64,000 nucleotides of DNA from Candidatus Woesearchaeota archaeon (GTDB lineage Archaea; Nanobdellota; Nanobdellia; Woesearchaeales; JAGVYF01). Numbering within the stretch: position 1 is the first letter of the stretch; each line of letters begins with the position of its first letter. This document shows, in pieces, positions 48,658-58,121 of the stretch. The position numbers and the translations under genes are program-made. Under the pieces are notes generated by a model, which had not been told where the DNA came from, did not search any database, and was given only the letters and a program-made list of their open reading frames with translations. The stretch lies in NCBI GenBank assembly GCA_023264635.1, contig JAHFLT010000001.1, positions 35,307 through 99,306 of the forward strand, in the 5' to 3' direction.

Positions 48658-49317
48658 CTAAACCTTTCTGCAATCAGATCTTGTTCTGCGTAATTCTCTC
48701 TTTAAGTCGTCTTCCTTTCGTTGTGCATCGCGAAGGTCGTCTTTGGACGTTTTCAACTCATCCTGATCCCTTCGGAGGTCACGCGCGAGGTCACGCTGCT
48801 GGTCTCGCAGTAAGCTCAACTTTGTCGTGTCAGTGGTGTTTGCCTGTAATGCAGACAAACGGCTGATCTCAGTTTGATCCTGCAATACCCTCTCATTATT
48901 ATCATCTACATCATTCTGCGCTTTGTCCACATCATCTGTAGCAGCATCACTTACTTTCTCAAGTCGCTTGACTTTGTCGTCACAGGTTTCTTCCTTAGGC
49001 TTTTCTGGCTCTTTCTGTGCAGTACTCTGCGCATCTTCTATTTGCTTAAGGGCTTCTTCCTGGAGCGCTTTCATCTTCTGCTGGAACTCAGCATCTTTAT
49101 CCTGAAGCTTCTTCTGGAGCTCCTGAATCTTTAGCTCCATCTGCGCCTGTGCAAGCAGTGCTGTATTCAATCCATCATCTTGTGCGCTATGAGCACCAGT
49201 GATGTTTTCGTTGTAAACGTAATAAACACCCAAGACGCCGCCAATAACGGCTATCAAACCCAAAACCAATGTAAAGAGTAACATAACATTCTTATCCATA
49301 GTGGGCACCTCGCTCAC
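48658..49317 (-). CDS. Membrane-anchored coiled-coil protein
   Basis: N-terminal transmembrane LLFTLVLGLIAVIGGVLGVYYV then long charged heptad-like Q/E/K/D-rich region. Confidence 0.45.
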   Translation of the reverse strand: MSEVPTMDKNVMLLFTLVLGLIAVIGGVLGVYYVYNENITGAHSAQDDGLNTALLAQAQMELKIQELQKKLQDKDAEFQQKMKALQEEALKQIEDAQSTAQKEPEKPKEETCDDKVKRLEKVSDAATDDVDKAQNDVDDNNERVLQDQTEISRLSALQANTTDTTKLSLLRDQQRDLARDLRRDQDELKTSKDDLRDAQRKEDDLKRELRRTRSDCRKV

Positions 49318-49459
49318 AGTGCTGGTTTTTTCGTGGATTATATAAATATTACTATTTTAAAGGAGTGAAATTTGTTGTATACTTAATGCCCCCCCATAGT
49401 GACAAAATTAAGGAAATCTTTATATAGTACCTATTGTGGTTTCCAACCAGTGATGAAAA

Positions 49460-49636
49460 ATGGCAAAAAAAATCAAGAAAAAGATAATGAAGAAGGCAAA
49501 GCCAAAGGTCAAGCCCATTATGCTTGAAGCTGAAGCTACTCCACAAGAGAGTGATGAGGACCTGAGAACTATCCTCAACAAATCTGATTTTGACAAGTAT
49601 GAGCTTGACAACTACCTTAATGACTTTTCTGCGTGA
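49460..49636 (+). CDS. Possible small Lys-rich protein (58 aa, below ORF-track cutoff)
   Basis: MAKKIKKKIMKKAKPKVKP... then acidic tail. Stop is 3 bp before next gene ATG. Confidence 0.3.
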   Translation: MAKKIKKKIMKKAKPKVKPIMLEAEATPQESDEDLRTILNKSDFDKYELDNYLNDFSA

Positions 49637-49639
49637 ACC

Positions 49640-50275
49640 ATGACAAAGTATGTCCTTGAGGCGATTGCAGAAAAGGAGTCACATCAGACAAATCACAATC
49701 ATAAATCGCAATCATGGGATTTTGTTACCCTCACCTGCGCCAAGTGTGATACTATTTATCCTGTCATGTGCGAAGAAAAGCCATCGCACTGCACGAAGTG
49801 TGGCACTGCATTGTTTCCACCATCAAGTACATTGTCACCAAGCGGAGTTGAGGGTGTGGTGGAGACTGTGGTAGCTTTCTATGAGCTCTCACTAAAGCAG
49901 TCGTGGAATAATAAAATTCATTCATCTTATATTTCATCTTATCTTCAGCATCTGCAAGCATGGTTTACTATCAATAATACGGGTGTACTGGGTTATGAAA
50001 TTGCCACAAGAGACATTGCCACAAGAGAACTTTATGCGCATACCCTATTGCAATCTAAAAACAATTTATACATTCCAGTGAGTCTCCTTACATGTATAGT
50101 AATTGAAACAAGTATATTCTCATTTTTCCTTGGATATTTAGCATTGCCTTTTGTTGCAGCAAAAAATTTCGGTGCAAATTTCTTTGGTTATCGTATTGGC
50201 AGAGTCGCTAATAAATATGAAAGGGAACGCAAATATGAAAAGAAGTTGCTACCGGAGGTCCATCATGATCGATGA
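49640..50275 (+). CDS. Zinc-ribbon protein with C-terminal membrane segments
   Basis: CAKCD...CTKCG ribbon. Hydrophobic C-terminal third. Overlaps MoxR start by 11 bp. Confidence 0.45.
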   Translation: MTKYVLEAIAEKESHQTNHNHKSQSWDFVTLTCAKCDTIYPVMCEEKPSHCTKCGTALFPPSSTLSPSGVEGVVETVVAFYELSLKQSWNNKIHSSYISSYLQHLQAWFTINNTGVLGYEIATRDIATRELYAHTLLQSKNNLYIPVSLLTCIVIETSIFSFFLGYLALPFVAAKNFGANFFGYRIGRVANKYERERKYEKKLLPEVHHDR

Positions 50276-51284
50276 AAAAAAACTAGACAACGATTGCTTC
50301 CCTGATGTCTTAGGCCAAGAGAAAGTGAAGTATGACATCAAATCAGCAATCCTGTCAAAGAGGCATATCCTTATTGCAGGACCTGCTGGAGTCGGAAAGA
50401 CAACACTCGCCAAAAGCATTGCAAAGGTGCTTCCCTCTCTCTCTGTTATTGCCGGATGTCCATTCCATTGCACACCTGCACAGAGAGTATGTCCAAGCTG
50501 CAAAAAAGCAAAAGAGCTGAAGACAATAACGTTGGTTGGCGAAGAACGTTTTGTCAGAGTGCAGGGAAGTCCGGACTTAACAGTTGAGGACCTTATTGGT
50601 GACATTGACCCAATCAAAGCGCTGCACTTCGGTCCACTGTCTATGGAAGCATTCACTCCCGGAAAGATATTCCAGGCAAACAATGGTATTCTCTTCTTCG
50701 ATGAGTTAAACAGATGTCCTGAGAAGCTGCAGAACGCACTGCTTCAGGTACTGCAGGAAAAGAAGGTTACCATCGGTAGCTATCAGGTGGACATTGAAGC
50801 TGATTTCCTGTTCATCGCTACCATGAACCCAGACGACACGAACACAGAGAAGCTGAGTGACGTCTTATTGGACAGGTTTGATATCATTAGAATGAGCTAT
50901 CCCGAAACTGCAGGAGTGGAGCTGGAGATTATTGACAAATACGGACAGAAGATAGTCGCTGTTCCGAAAGAGATGTCACAGTTCATCGTCTCCTTCATTC
51001 GATTGCTCAGACAAGCAAAAGATATCGAGAGAAAACCAAGCGTAAGAGCAACTCTTGGTTTGTACGAGCGAAGTCAGGCAAATGCAGTGCTGAAGAAGAA
51101 AAAGAAAGTTGATTTAGAAGACATACAGGAAGCTCTCTTTTCTGTTCTCGCACACAGAATCACATTGCGACCCGCAGTGCGCTATGTGCTGGCGCCAGAA
51201 GAGTTCCTGCAGAAGGAATTTACTTCAATGCTCAAAACGGGAATGGGGAGAGAGTTCAGAGAGAATAAAGGGGATGTTCCCTGA
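50265..51284 (+). CDS. MoxR-family AAA+ ATPase
   Basis: Start trimmed to MIDEKK. GPAGVGKTTLAK Walker A, LFFDELNR Walker B. 11-bp overlap with VWA gene. Confidence 0.85.
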   Translation: MIDEKKLDNDCFPDVLGQEKVKYDIKSAILSKRHILIAGPAGVGKTTLAKSIAKVLPSLSVIAGCPFHCTPAQRVCPSCKKAKELKTITLVGEERFVRVQGSPDLTVEDLIGDIDPIKALHFGPLSMEAFTPGKIFQANNGILFFDELNRCPEKLQNALLQVLQEKKVTIGSYQVDIEADFLFIATMNPDDTNTEKLSDVLLDRFDIIRMSYPETAGVELEIIDKYGQKIVAVPKEMSQFIVSFIRLLRQAKDIERKPSVRATLGLYERSQANAVLKKKKKVDLEDIQEALFSVLAHRITLRPAVRYVLAPEEFLQKEFTSMLKTGMGREFRENKGDVP

Positions 51285-52452
51285 TGCTCCGACTGAAGTA
51301 AAAGCATTTTCTGCAATTGAAGAGCTGCAAGGCAAGTTGAGATTTACTGAACTTGATGATGCATTATTGCATACTGTTCTTGACAACGACAAGAACCTCA
51401 TTGAGGAAGGAAGAGTAATCACTGATTCTATTAATAAAGGAGTGCAAGCATTCACCCCCAATATGCTCTTTGAGCAGCTTGTGAAAAGTTATCGTATTAC
51501 TGAAGAACTGTTCGGAGAGAAACTTCTTCGCTACCTCACTGGCTATTCAGGAGACTACATTGCACGCAATATGAATATACCGGAGTTTCAGCGTGATATC
51601 AAGAGAAAGCTTGAGGAAGGATTCCAAAGACTAAAAGACAAGCAGCTCGTTGACGAAGAAGGGTGGACAAAGAAAGGGATTGAGCTTGCATCGCTCATGT
51701 TGTATATGGACGAGCTCGACCATTTGGTTCCTAAGGGAAACTGGGGAGATTATGTGCACAAGAAGAAATCACACCATGGTGTTCCTTTTGAGCAAGTAAA
51801 ATGGCAGAAAGGTACCCGTTACAGGGATATTGCAGTTAAGGGTACGGTAAAGACTGCACTGCGTAGACAGCACAATGAGATACTGGTGGATGATCTTCGT
51901 TCTCATAGACGGGAAAACAAAGGAAAAACAACAATCATCTATGCAATGGACGCTTCTGGAAGCATGAAAGGCGGAAAGATAGAAGCGTCAAAGAAAGCGG
52001 GGATCGCACTCGCATTCACGGCAATCAATAGGAAGGATAAGGTAGGGTTACTTGTCTTCAAAGACAAAGTGGTAGAAGAAGTTTTGCCAACAACAAGTTT
52101 CAGCTCGCTGCTGGAAACACTTATTCGAATACGTCCTGGTAAAGAGACTGATTTTGTTTCTACTGTAAAGCGTGCACTTGCATTATTCCCCAAAGGTAAT
52201 GAGACAAAACATCTCATTGTTTTGTCCGATGCGATACCAACTATTGGCAAAAATCCAGAAACTGAGACGCTGCAAGCAATTGCTGACGCAGCTGACCAGG
52301 GGATTACTATTTCGCTCATTGGTATTTCCCTTGAACCGCAGGGTCTTGCATTGGCACAGAAGATAGTAGAGGTCGGCAAAGGGCGTCTGTATATAGCTAA
52401 GAATATAGAAGAACTGGATAGGATTATTTTAGAAGACTACTCTGCATTGTAG
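51274..52452 (+). CDS. von Willebrand factor A domain protein (MoxR partner)
   Basis: Start trimmed to MFPDAP. C-terminal VWA with MIDAS-like DASGSM. Confidence 0.8.
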   Translation: MFPDAPTEVKAFSAIEELQGKLRFTELDDALLHTVLDNDKNLIEEGRVITDSINKGVQAFTPNMLFEQLVKSYRITEELFGEKLLRYLTGYSGDYIARNMNIPEFQRDIKRKLEEGFQRLKDKQLVDEEGWTKKGIELASLMLYMDELDHLVPKGNWGDYVHKKKSHHGVPFEQVKWQKGTRYRDIAVKGTVKTALRRQHNEILVDDLRSHRRENKGKTTIIYAMDASGSMKGGKIEASKKAGIALAFTAINRKDKVGLLVFKDKVVEEVLPTTSFSSLLETLIRIRPGKETDFVSTVKRALALFPKGNETKHLIVLSDAIPTIGKNPETETLQAIADAADQGITISLIGISLEPQGLALAQKIVEVGKGRLYIAKNIEELDRIILEDYSAL

Positions 52453-52576
52453 GATCACTCATTTCATAAACGGGTCATCCCCACAATATCCTTCTTTAAT
52501 GAGATGTTTCTCATTCTGAAATCCAAGAGCAGATAATGGTTTAGGGAAGTTAGCCGTGATAAGGTCATATTTTTTT

Positions 52577-52895
52577 TTACAGGAGTTGCACAGTGCGCTG
52601 ACATATGCACTTAGCAGGAGATTTTCTGCATACTTTTCCATTACATACAATTCCTTCCCCTGCCAGCAGCTGTTTCTTTTTACTGCTGTGTATCTCCCCG
52701 AAGTATCCACCTACTGTTCCATCAGATGCAACAACACGATGGCAAGAGATAGCAATCGGATTATCATTCCGCCGCAATACTCGGAACTGCACGAAAGGCA
52801 CTTGTCCCAAGCGCAATGGCAATCTCCTTGTACATCATCACCCTGCCATGAGGAATGGTACTCACTACTTCCAGAACACGTTCTGAGAATTTCAT
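52577..52895 (-). pseudogene. ogt: Methylated-DNA-protein-cysteine methyltransferase (C-domain only), frameshifted
   Basis: Frame 1 from ATG 52895 gives MKFSERVLEVVSTIPHGRVMMYKEIAIALGTSAFRAV then stop. A different frame continues LRRNDNPIAISCHRVV (PCHR active site). Frames switch near 52790. Confidence 0.5.
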
Positions 52896-52903
52896 TTGTT
52901 TTG

Positions 52904-54229
52904 TTATTTGTTATTATATTCCTTGAGCTTCTGTTTAGCTATCTTCTTGAATTTCCCGGTCTCATCAAGCCTCAGCACCATCAAAAATGCTGCTTTTGCC
53001 TTGTCACGTTTGCTCAGTTTGTCATACGTCATGCCAAGGTGCAGTTGATATTCTGCTTCCATCAGTGAAGTAACTTTCAGCAATTCCCTCTCAGCTTCAT
53101 TGTATGAGCCGGTATTATAATATGCCCACCCAAGCGTATCGCGGAACGCATCCTGTGCTGGTTGTTTAGTGCATGCCTGCTTTGCAAGAGTGAGGGCACG
53201 ATCTACATGTTTTCCTGCTTCCAGATAATCATAAGCAAGATTGTTCTGCAGTGCTGCATATGCAGTACCTATCTGCAATGCTTTTTCATAAGCCTCAATC
53301 CCGTTTTCTAAATCTCCTTGATGTGTGCATATTTCTCCGACGGTAAAGTAAAGGTATCCTTCCTGTGGATATTTCTGGAGAAGGCTTTGTGCTATTTTTC
53401 TTGCATCTGCCCAGGCTTCCTTACCCATCAAGCGATGAAGGCCTTTCAGTTGCTTAGAAGAATTAGTATCCACTTTTTTGATCAATGCATATAAGCCTTT
53501 TATCTCATCAGCGGTGTCCCATGATCTATATTTTTGTAATAGTATAGTTCTTTTGCTTTGAGAATCCCACTGTGCATCTTCTTTTACAAATGGGTACATG
53601 ATAGAACTCTCATCATCGACGTGCCCCACACCAAAAATATGCCCCATCTCATGAACATATATCTGTGCTGTTGGTTCCGCGGGGGTGAATGCCACAACCA
53701 TATGATTCCCTTGTAATTCCGCTATTCCTAACGTCTGGTCAAAACTAAACTGAAAAAAACTGTCTATAAGAATCTCCCCGTTGCTCTTGCTGGTTAACCC
53801 AACAACGACTGCAGCATCTTCTGGCGGTATAAACTTTAGGTCATACAATAGCTCATCTAGAGAACCGTTCTCATGGTACCACTCCTCAACCTTCACCACG
53901 TCAAGGCATATCTTGAAGTTCTGAAGATACTGTTGCTGCACTGTTTTGGTAACATCATTTACATTATGATACCAATGACCACCGTTCCTTTCCATGTTTT
54001 GCTTTACCTTGTAATCTATTACTTCTATCAATTTCACATGCACATCGACATCTTTATACCGGTTATGGAAAAAATGATTAGTATCAGCTGCAATAGTCTC
54101 CAATGCCCGGACCTCTTTTCTGAATTCCTTTTCATCTTCTTTGGAATTTTCTTTAGAAGAGGGAATATCTATACAGGACGTGAGACCTACGGAAAGGAAA
54201 AAAAGGCTGGCGAGGAGTGGTTTAGACAT
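52904..54229 (-). CDS. Lipoprotein zinc metalloprotease (metzincin-like HExxHxxGxxH) with C-terminal TPR repeats
   Basis: Signal plus lipobox LTSC. HEMGHIFGVGH motif. C-terminal tetratricopeptide-like repeats. Confidence 0.65.
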   Translation of the reverse strand: MSKPLLASLFFLSVGLTSCIDIPSSKENSKEDEKEFRKEVRALETIAADTNHFFHNRYKDVDVHVKLIEVIDYKVKQNMERNGGHWYHNVNDVTKTVQQQYLQNFKICLDVVKVEEWYHENGSLDELLYDLKFIPPEDAAVVVGLTSKSNGEILIDSFFQFSFDQTLGIAELQGNHMVVAFTPAEPTAQIYVHEMGHIFGVGHVDDESSIMYPFVKEDAQWDSQSKRTILLQKYRSWDTADEIKGLYALIKKVDTNSSKQLKGLHRLMGKEAWADARKIAQSLLQKYPQEGYLYFTVGEICTHQGDLENGIEAYEKALQIGTAYAALQNNLAYDYLEAGKHVDRALTLAKQACTKQPAQDAFRDTLGWAYYNTGSYNEAERELLKVTSLMEAEYQLHLGMTYDKLSKRDKAKAAFLMVLRLDETGKFKKIAKQKLKEYNNK

Positions 54230-54378
54230 TTCATTACTTACCCATTGAGTGATATATATACGTTAAGGATATATCCCATATACCTTTTCTCATATATCTT
54301 TGGGGAAATGTAACAGAGGCGAGCAGGGAGTAAATAATATCCATAAGATATAAAAAAGAAGTATGAAATACAGGTAAT

Positions 54379-54762
54379 ATGCACCCCTTCATTGAAAAAA
54401 CAATCCAAGAGCTACAGGCAACTCCCGGTTTGGCCAATGTTTGTGTCTTGGGAGAAAATGATAAAAAGCTGATAGCTGCATTGGAAGAGAAAGAGAATAA
54501 AGGTGTGCATGCATGCTTGGCTAAAAGCATCACGCTTGCGTTGACGCATGATTCACAATTTCGTAATCCAGCAGCGCCGATAGTATTAAAGCAAGATGAG
54601 GGATATGTTTTTCCGCCAGTTCCATTCCCTGAAGTAAAACATGCAGTCTCATCCTCTCCCAGCAGAAAGGTGCATGACTTCCTGGTAAACCTACTGAACA
54701 TCCATACTAATGAGAAAGATGCTACGCTGCTTATTGGTTTTGATGTAAAAGATTTTAAATAG
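54379..54762 (+). CDS. Hypothetical protein
   Basis: 127-aa ORF. Antisense ORF 54234..54887 judged spurious. Confidence 0.3.
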   Translation: MHPFIEKTIQELQATPGLANVCVLGENDKKLIAALEEKENKGVHACLAKSITLALTHDSQFRNPAAPIVLKQDEGYVFPPVPFPEVKHAVSSSPSRKVHDFLVNLLNIHTNEKDATLLIGFDVKDFK

Positions 54763-54783
54763 GTACGTCGTGTAAATGGACAG

Positions 54784-55326
54784 ATGCACTGGTTGCTGGA
54801 AAGAATAGAAAAAAGGGTGGATGACCTTATTCCATATGCACTTCTTGTGCTGTTGGTCATTGTTATTCTCGAATTTACAATAAACACTGCTCGTTATGAT
54901 AAACTGATACAGATAATTGATGACATCATCCTCGGCATTTTTACCCTAGACCTTTGCTTCAAATATTATCGTATAAAAACAACTGCCTTATTCTTTAGAA
55001 CATACTGGCTTGAACTTATTGCAGTCTTTCCGTTCTATCTCTTAATTAGAGCGTACACAGCCCTCATTGAGCTCAGCAGAGGGGTTGAAGAAACACAGAA
55101 AGTGCTGCATGAAGCTGCACTCATCAAGGAAGCGAGGTTTTTGGAAGAAGGAAAAGTGCTGCGCGAGGCACGCGTGGTAGAAGAAGAAGCACGTCTCTTG
55201 CGTGAAAGTAGTACCCTGATGCGAACTGTACGACTCATACAAAAAATGCTGAGACTGTTGTATGCACGTATGGTGTTCGCAAAAAATCTTCTTTTCCATG
55301 TACGGAAGAAAAAACGGGTCAAATGA
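54784..55326 (+). CDS. Membrane protein resembling a voltage-sensor/ion-transport fragment
   Basis: Two or three transmembrane segments then Arg/Glu-rich helical tail. 180 aa. Confidence 0.3.
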   Translation: MHWLLERIEKRVDDLIPYALLVLLVIVILEFTINTARYDKLIQIIDDIILGIFTLDLCFKYYRIKTTALFFRTYWLELIAVFPFYLLIRAYTALIELSRGVEETQKVLHEAALIKEARFLEEGKVLREARVVEEEARLLRESSTLMRTVRLIQKMLRLLYARMVFAKNLLFHVRKKKRVK

Positions 55327-55394
55327 AAAGTGATTTGACCAATAGGAGGTGCTCTTAAGTGTCATTAATGAGGATATAATTAGGGAGTACACCA

Positions 55395-56258
55395 TTATTT
55401 GCATTTCTGCGCCAGAAAGGTTAATGCATCAGTCAACACATCATCCATTGTTGGACAATATCCGTGACACCCATTGGAAAGAGTATAGAGTTTCTTAGGT
55501 GCAGCTATTTTGTCATACGTCTGTTTCCCGAGAGAAAAAGGAATAGTAGGATCTTTGGTGTCGTGAATAAAGGCAATGGGATTGGTGAGTGATGGCGCAT
55601 ACTCATCTGGGTTTATGGAGGCAAGAAAGCGCCGCACGTCAAAGAGTTGATGATCTATCTTCCCATAGCCAGCAGTGCTTATGAGTAGGGATCCGGAGAT
55701 TGTCTTGTCTACAGCAGCTGCAATCAGCGCGATTCTTCCACCATTGCTTTCTCCACCAATGAGTGTACACGTCACACCACGTTCACGCATTGCATCAATT
55801 GCACGTAGTGCGTCCCAGACAACAAGATGATTATAAGGTTCTTCTCCTTTTGAGAATACAGTATAATCATCTTCGAATGAATGCACTTGCCCAGTTGTCT
55901 CTCCCAAGCCACGAACATCCACAATCATAGCAGCATAGCCACGTGATGCAAATGCAATGCCCCTATCTTCTGCATTCCTTCTTGTCTTGCCAGCTGCTGG
56001 AATCCAGACAATGCCTATCTTCGCATTTCGCGGGTAATAGTAATCAGCTGCTATCTCTGTTCCCTTGCTGGGAAATGTTACTCCATCCCGTGAGAAGTTA
56101 CCGAAGCCTTTTAGTTCAAGAACTGTTACAGGGATACCGCCGCGTTTCTCTGGATAATGTAAAAGCTCCTCATGATCAACTGGCTCGGCCAGGGAACAAC
56201 CAAATAGTAACAGAAACGCCAACGTTATTACGGCTATTACGATGTGTATTGTGTTCAT
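55395..56258 (-). CDS. Secreted alpha/beta hydrolase (dienelactone hydrolase / S9 peptidase-like)
   Basis: Signal peptide. GGESNGG nucleophile elbow. 287 aa. Confidence 0.65.
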   Translation of the reverse strand: MNTIHIVIAVITLAFLLLFGCSLAEPVDHEELLHYPEKRGGIPVTVLELKGFGNFSRDGVTFPSKGTEIAADYYYPRNAKIGIVWIPAAGKTRRNAEDRGIAFASRGYAAMIVDVRGLGETTGQVHSFEDDYTVFSKGEEPYNHLVVWDALRAIDAMRERGVTCTLIGGESNGGRIALIAAAVDKTISGSLLISTAGYGKIDHQLFDVRRFLASINPDEYAPSLTNPIAFIHDTKDPTIPFSLGKQTYDKIAAPKKLYTLSNGCHGYCPTMDDVLTDALTFLAQKCK

Positions 56259-56352
56259 TAGTTTTTATCATCTCATGACAAAATACAATTAAAATATAAT
56301 AATGGTACGTATAAAAAATAGTGGTTTATTTCTGGCATATAAAATGCTCCCG

Positions 56353-57687
56353 TTAAAATGCTCCTGTCTTTTGAAGATAGTCTGTTACATTCTGCGGATT
56401 ATATTGCGCTACCCTCGCGTTGTCAATCCGTTCTTTTCCACCCTTTATCTCATAAGGCACCACTTTGCCAAAGACATGGAATTGGGAATTATAGCCAAGA
56501 GGGCGTTGGTAGATGAGTATGTTCCTGTCTGCGTCAACAGCAGAAATCCCATTTAGTGCCTTGAAGTCACGCACGAGGACATCTGCGATAGCCAAAAACT
56601 GCTCCTTCGGGAATTGGAGAATATCCGGCATATGCTGCTTAAAGTAGAAAATGGTCTCGAAATTAGTCTGGGGGGAAGGATTCACGTACAACACCACAGA
56701 CTCATTCTCGTAAAGAAAAAAATCAGCAATGTTACTTTTTTTCAGGTTGCAGAAGAAGCACCCTCCGTGCCTCTTCTGGAATTCAAATGACTGAAGGATT
56801 TCTTCCATTGTCCTGCCATGGCCATCCTGATTAAGGTCAACATAGGTCTGTGAATGTATCCACTTTAAGCTGCCACCCACCTTTGGCCCGATATTGAAGA
56901 AAAGATCAAATGGCATATAGCGTATTCCATCACGATTAGCGTGGCGCTCAATATTTTGCATTGCAACTGCTTGAGAGGAGAACATCTTGCTTAACGTCTC
57001 TAGTGGCATATCCTCTATCCGTTCATAATATTGCGTGGGGAATGTGACAAGGTTTATGCCTTTGGATATTCGTGTCAGCTCTTTCTCGATTAGCGGCCTA
57101 ACTTTTCTGATGACGACCTCATCGATTACTCTCCCATAGGAAGGGAACCTGTTGATGAGCGTAGCGACAGTACAATTAGTGAGTGTCTCCAGTCTAGGTT
57201 GGTCACTGAAAGGATCATGGTTGCGGACCTCGTCTTTGCTGATGACGATGGAGTAATCCTTTCCGGCGATAATCTCCGGAAACACTTTCGGTGGCTCTTT
57301 TTTTGTGTCGTGCGGTGTTATCGTTTTGATAACTTCTACAACACCTTTGTGTTCTGCTGGCCTTTGGTCACGGAGTGCGCTAATGAGTGTATATTCTCCT
57401 GCGAATTTGTCTGGAAGATGTGTTTCAGTGCCTTTGGTCAAGTCTATATGGTTAGTTGTTATCGGATCCCACCGTTTCTGGAATACCTTCCTTACAGCAA
57501 GATCAAATCCCTCTGTCTCAACGAGCCGTGCAAAAGCCTCTTCTGTGATAATGCCCCAATGACCAAAAGGTATCTTGTCCCGTGATAGGATCAACGGCTT
57601 ATCTTCACATGGCTTATTGTCACTCACGTACATTCCCCCCCCAGTTTTTTTACAGAGATACCTCATTAATAAATATTTCGAGAGCAA
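56353..57687 (-). CDS. Hypothetical protein with HIT/GalT-like CxxC segment in C-terminal third
   Basis: 444 aa. HGGCFFCN resembles the GalT zinc-site DCFLCAGN but lies about 300 aa from the N-terminus. No clear HxHxQ motif. Confidence 0.35.
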   Translation of the reverse strand: MLSKYLLMRYLCKKTGGGMYVSDNKPCEDKPLILSRDKIPFGHWGIITEEAFARLVETEGFDLAVRKVFQKRWDPITTNHIDLTKGTETHLPDKFAGEYTLISALRDQRPAEHKGVVEVIKTITPHDTKKEPPKVFPEIIAGKDYSIVISKDEVRNHDPFSDQPRLETLTNCTVATLINRFPSYGRVIDEVVIRKVRPLIEKELTRISKGINLVTFPTQYYERIEDMPLETLSKMFSSQAVAMQNIERHANRDGIRYMPFDLFFNIGPKVGGSLKWIHSQTYVDLNQDGHGRTMEEILQSFEFQKRHGGCFFCNLKKSNIADFFLYENESVVLYVNPSPQTNFETIFYFKQHMPDILQFPKEQFLAIADVLVRDFKALNGISAVDADRNILIYQRPLGYNSQFHVFGKVVPYEIKGGKERIDNARVAQYNPQNVTDYLQKTGAF

Positions 57688-57720
57688 AGATTTATAATCC
57701 TACAGCTCTGACCAGACACC

Positions 57721-58080
57721 ATGACAGAACGACCACGGTGGGTAAAAGACAAGACGCTGCATAAGGACTTTGAGGCTATCCAGTGCAAAACATATGACGA
57801 TTACAAAGACCACAAGAACGATAACAACTGTTATACACTCATCAAAGTAGACTTTGAATCGTGGGAGATCCACGTTGCCATTTGCAACTATCACCATGAG
57901 ATTCTGAAGGTATTCATGGGAAGAAGGGCTCAGGACATCTACAACGCAATCTTTGATTATGAAAAGGAACATAACGTGCAGTGGTTTGCTGAGAAACAAC
58001 ACGTCGCTTATCTCGGCAAGGAATTAAAGAAGGCCGAAATTTCGCTTGCACTGGGAAATAGTGGATATTATCAAGAGTAA
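57721..58080 (+). CDS. Hypothetical protein
   Basis: 119-aa ORF, Lys/Asp-rich. Confidence 0.3.
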   Translation: MTERPRWVKDKTLHKDFEAIQCKTYDDYKDHKNDNNCYTLIKVDFESWEIHVAICNYHHEILKVFMGRRAQDIYNAIFDYEKEHNVQWFAEKQHVAYLGKELKKAEISLALGNSGYYQE

Positions 58081-58121
58081 TAACCAGAATATATATAAGT
58101 CACTCTTAACAAAATTATGAT

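Noticed and set aside
49352-49611. ORFs 49352..49546 and 49420..49611 (minus)
   Set aside because: Antisense to a Lys-rich small ORF and A-rich intergenic DNA. Products are homopolymeric (Phe/Ile-rich).
54234-54887. ORF 54234..54887 (minus)
   Set aside because: Overlaps antisense to two plus-strand ORFs, Ser/Thr/Cys-rich with no motif. Likely shadow ORF.
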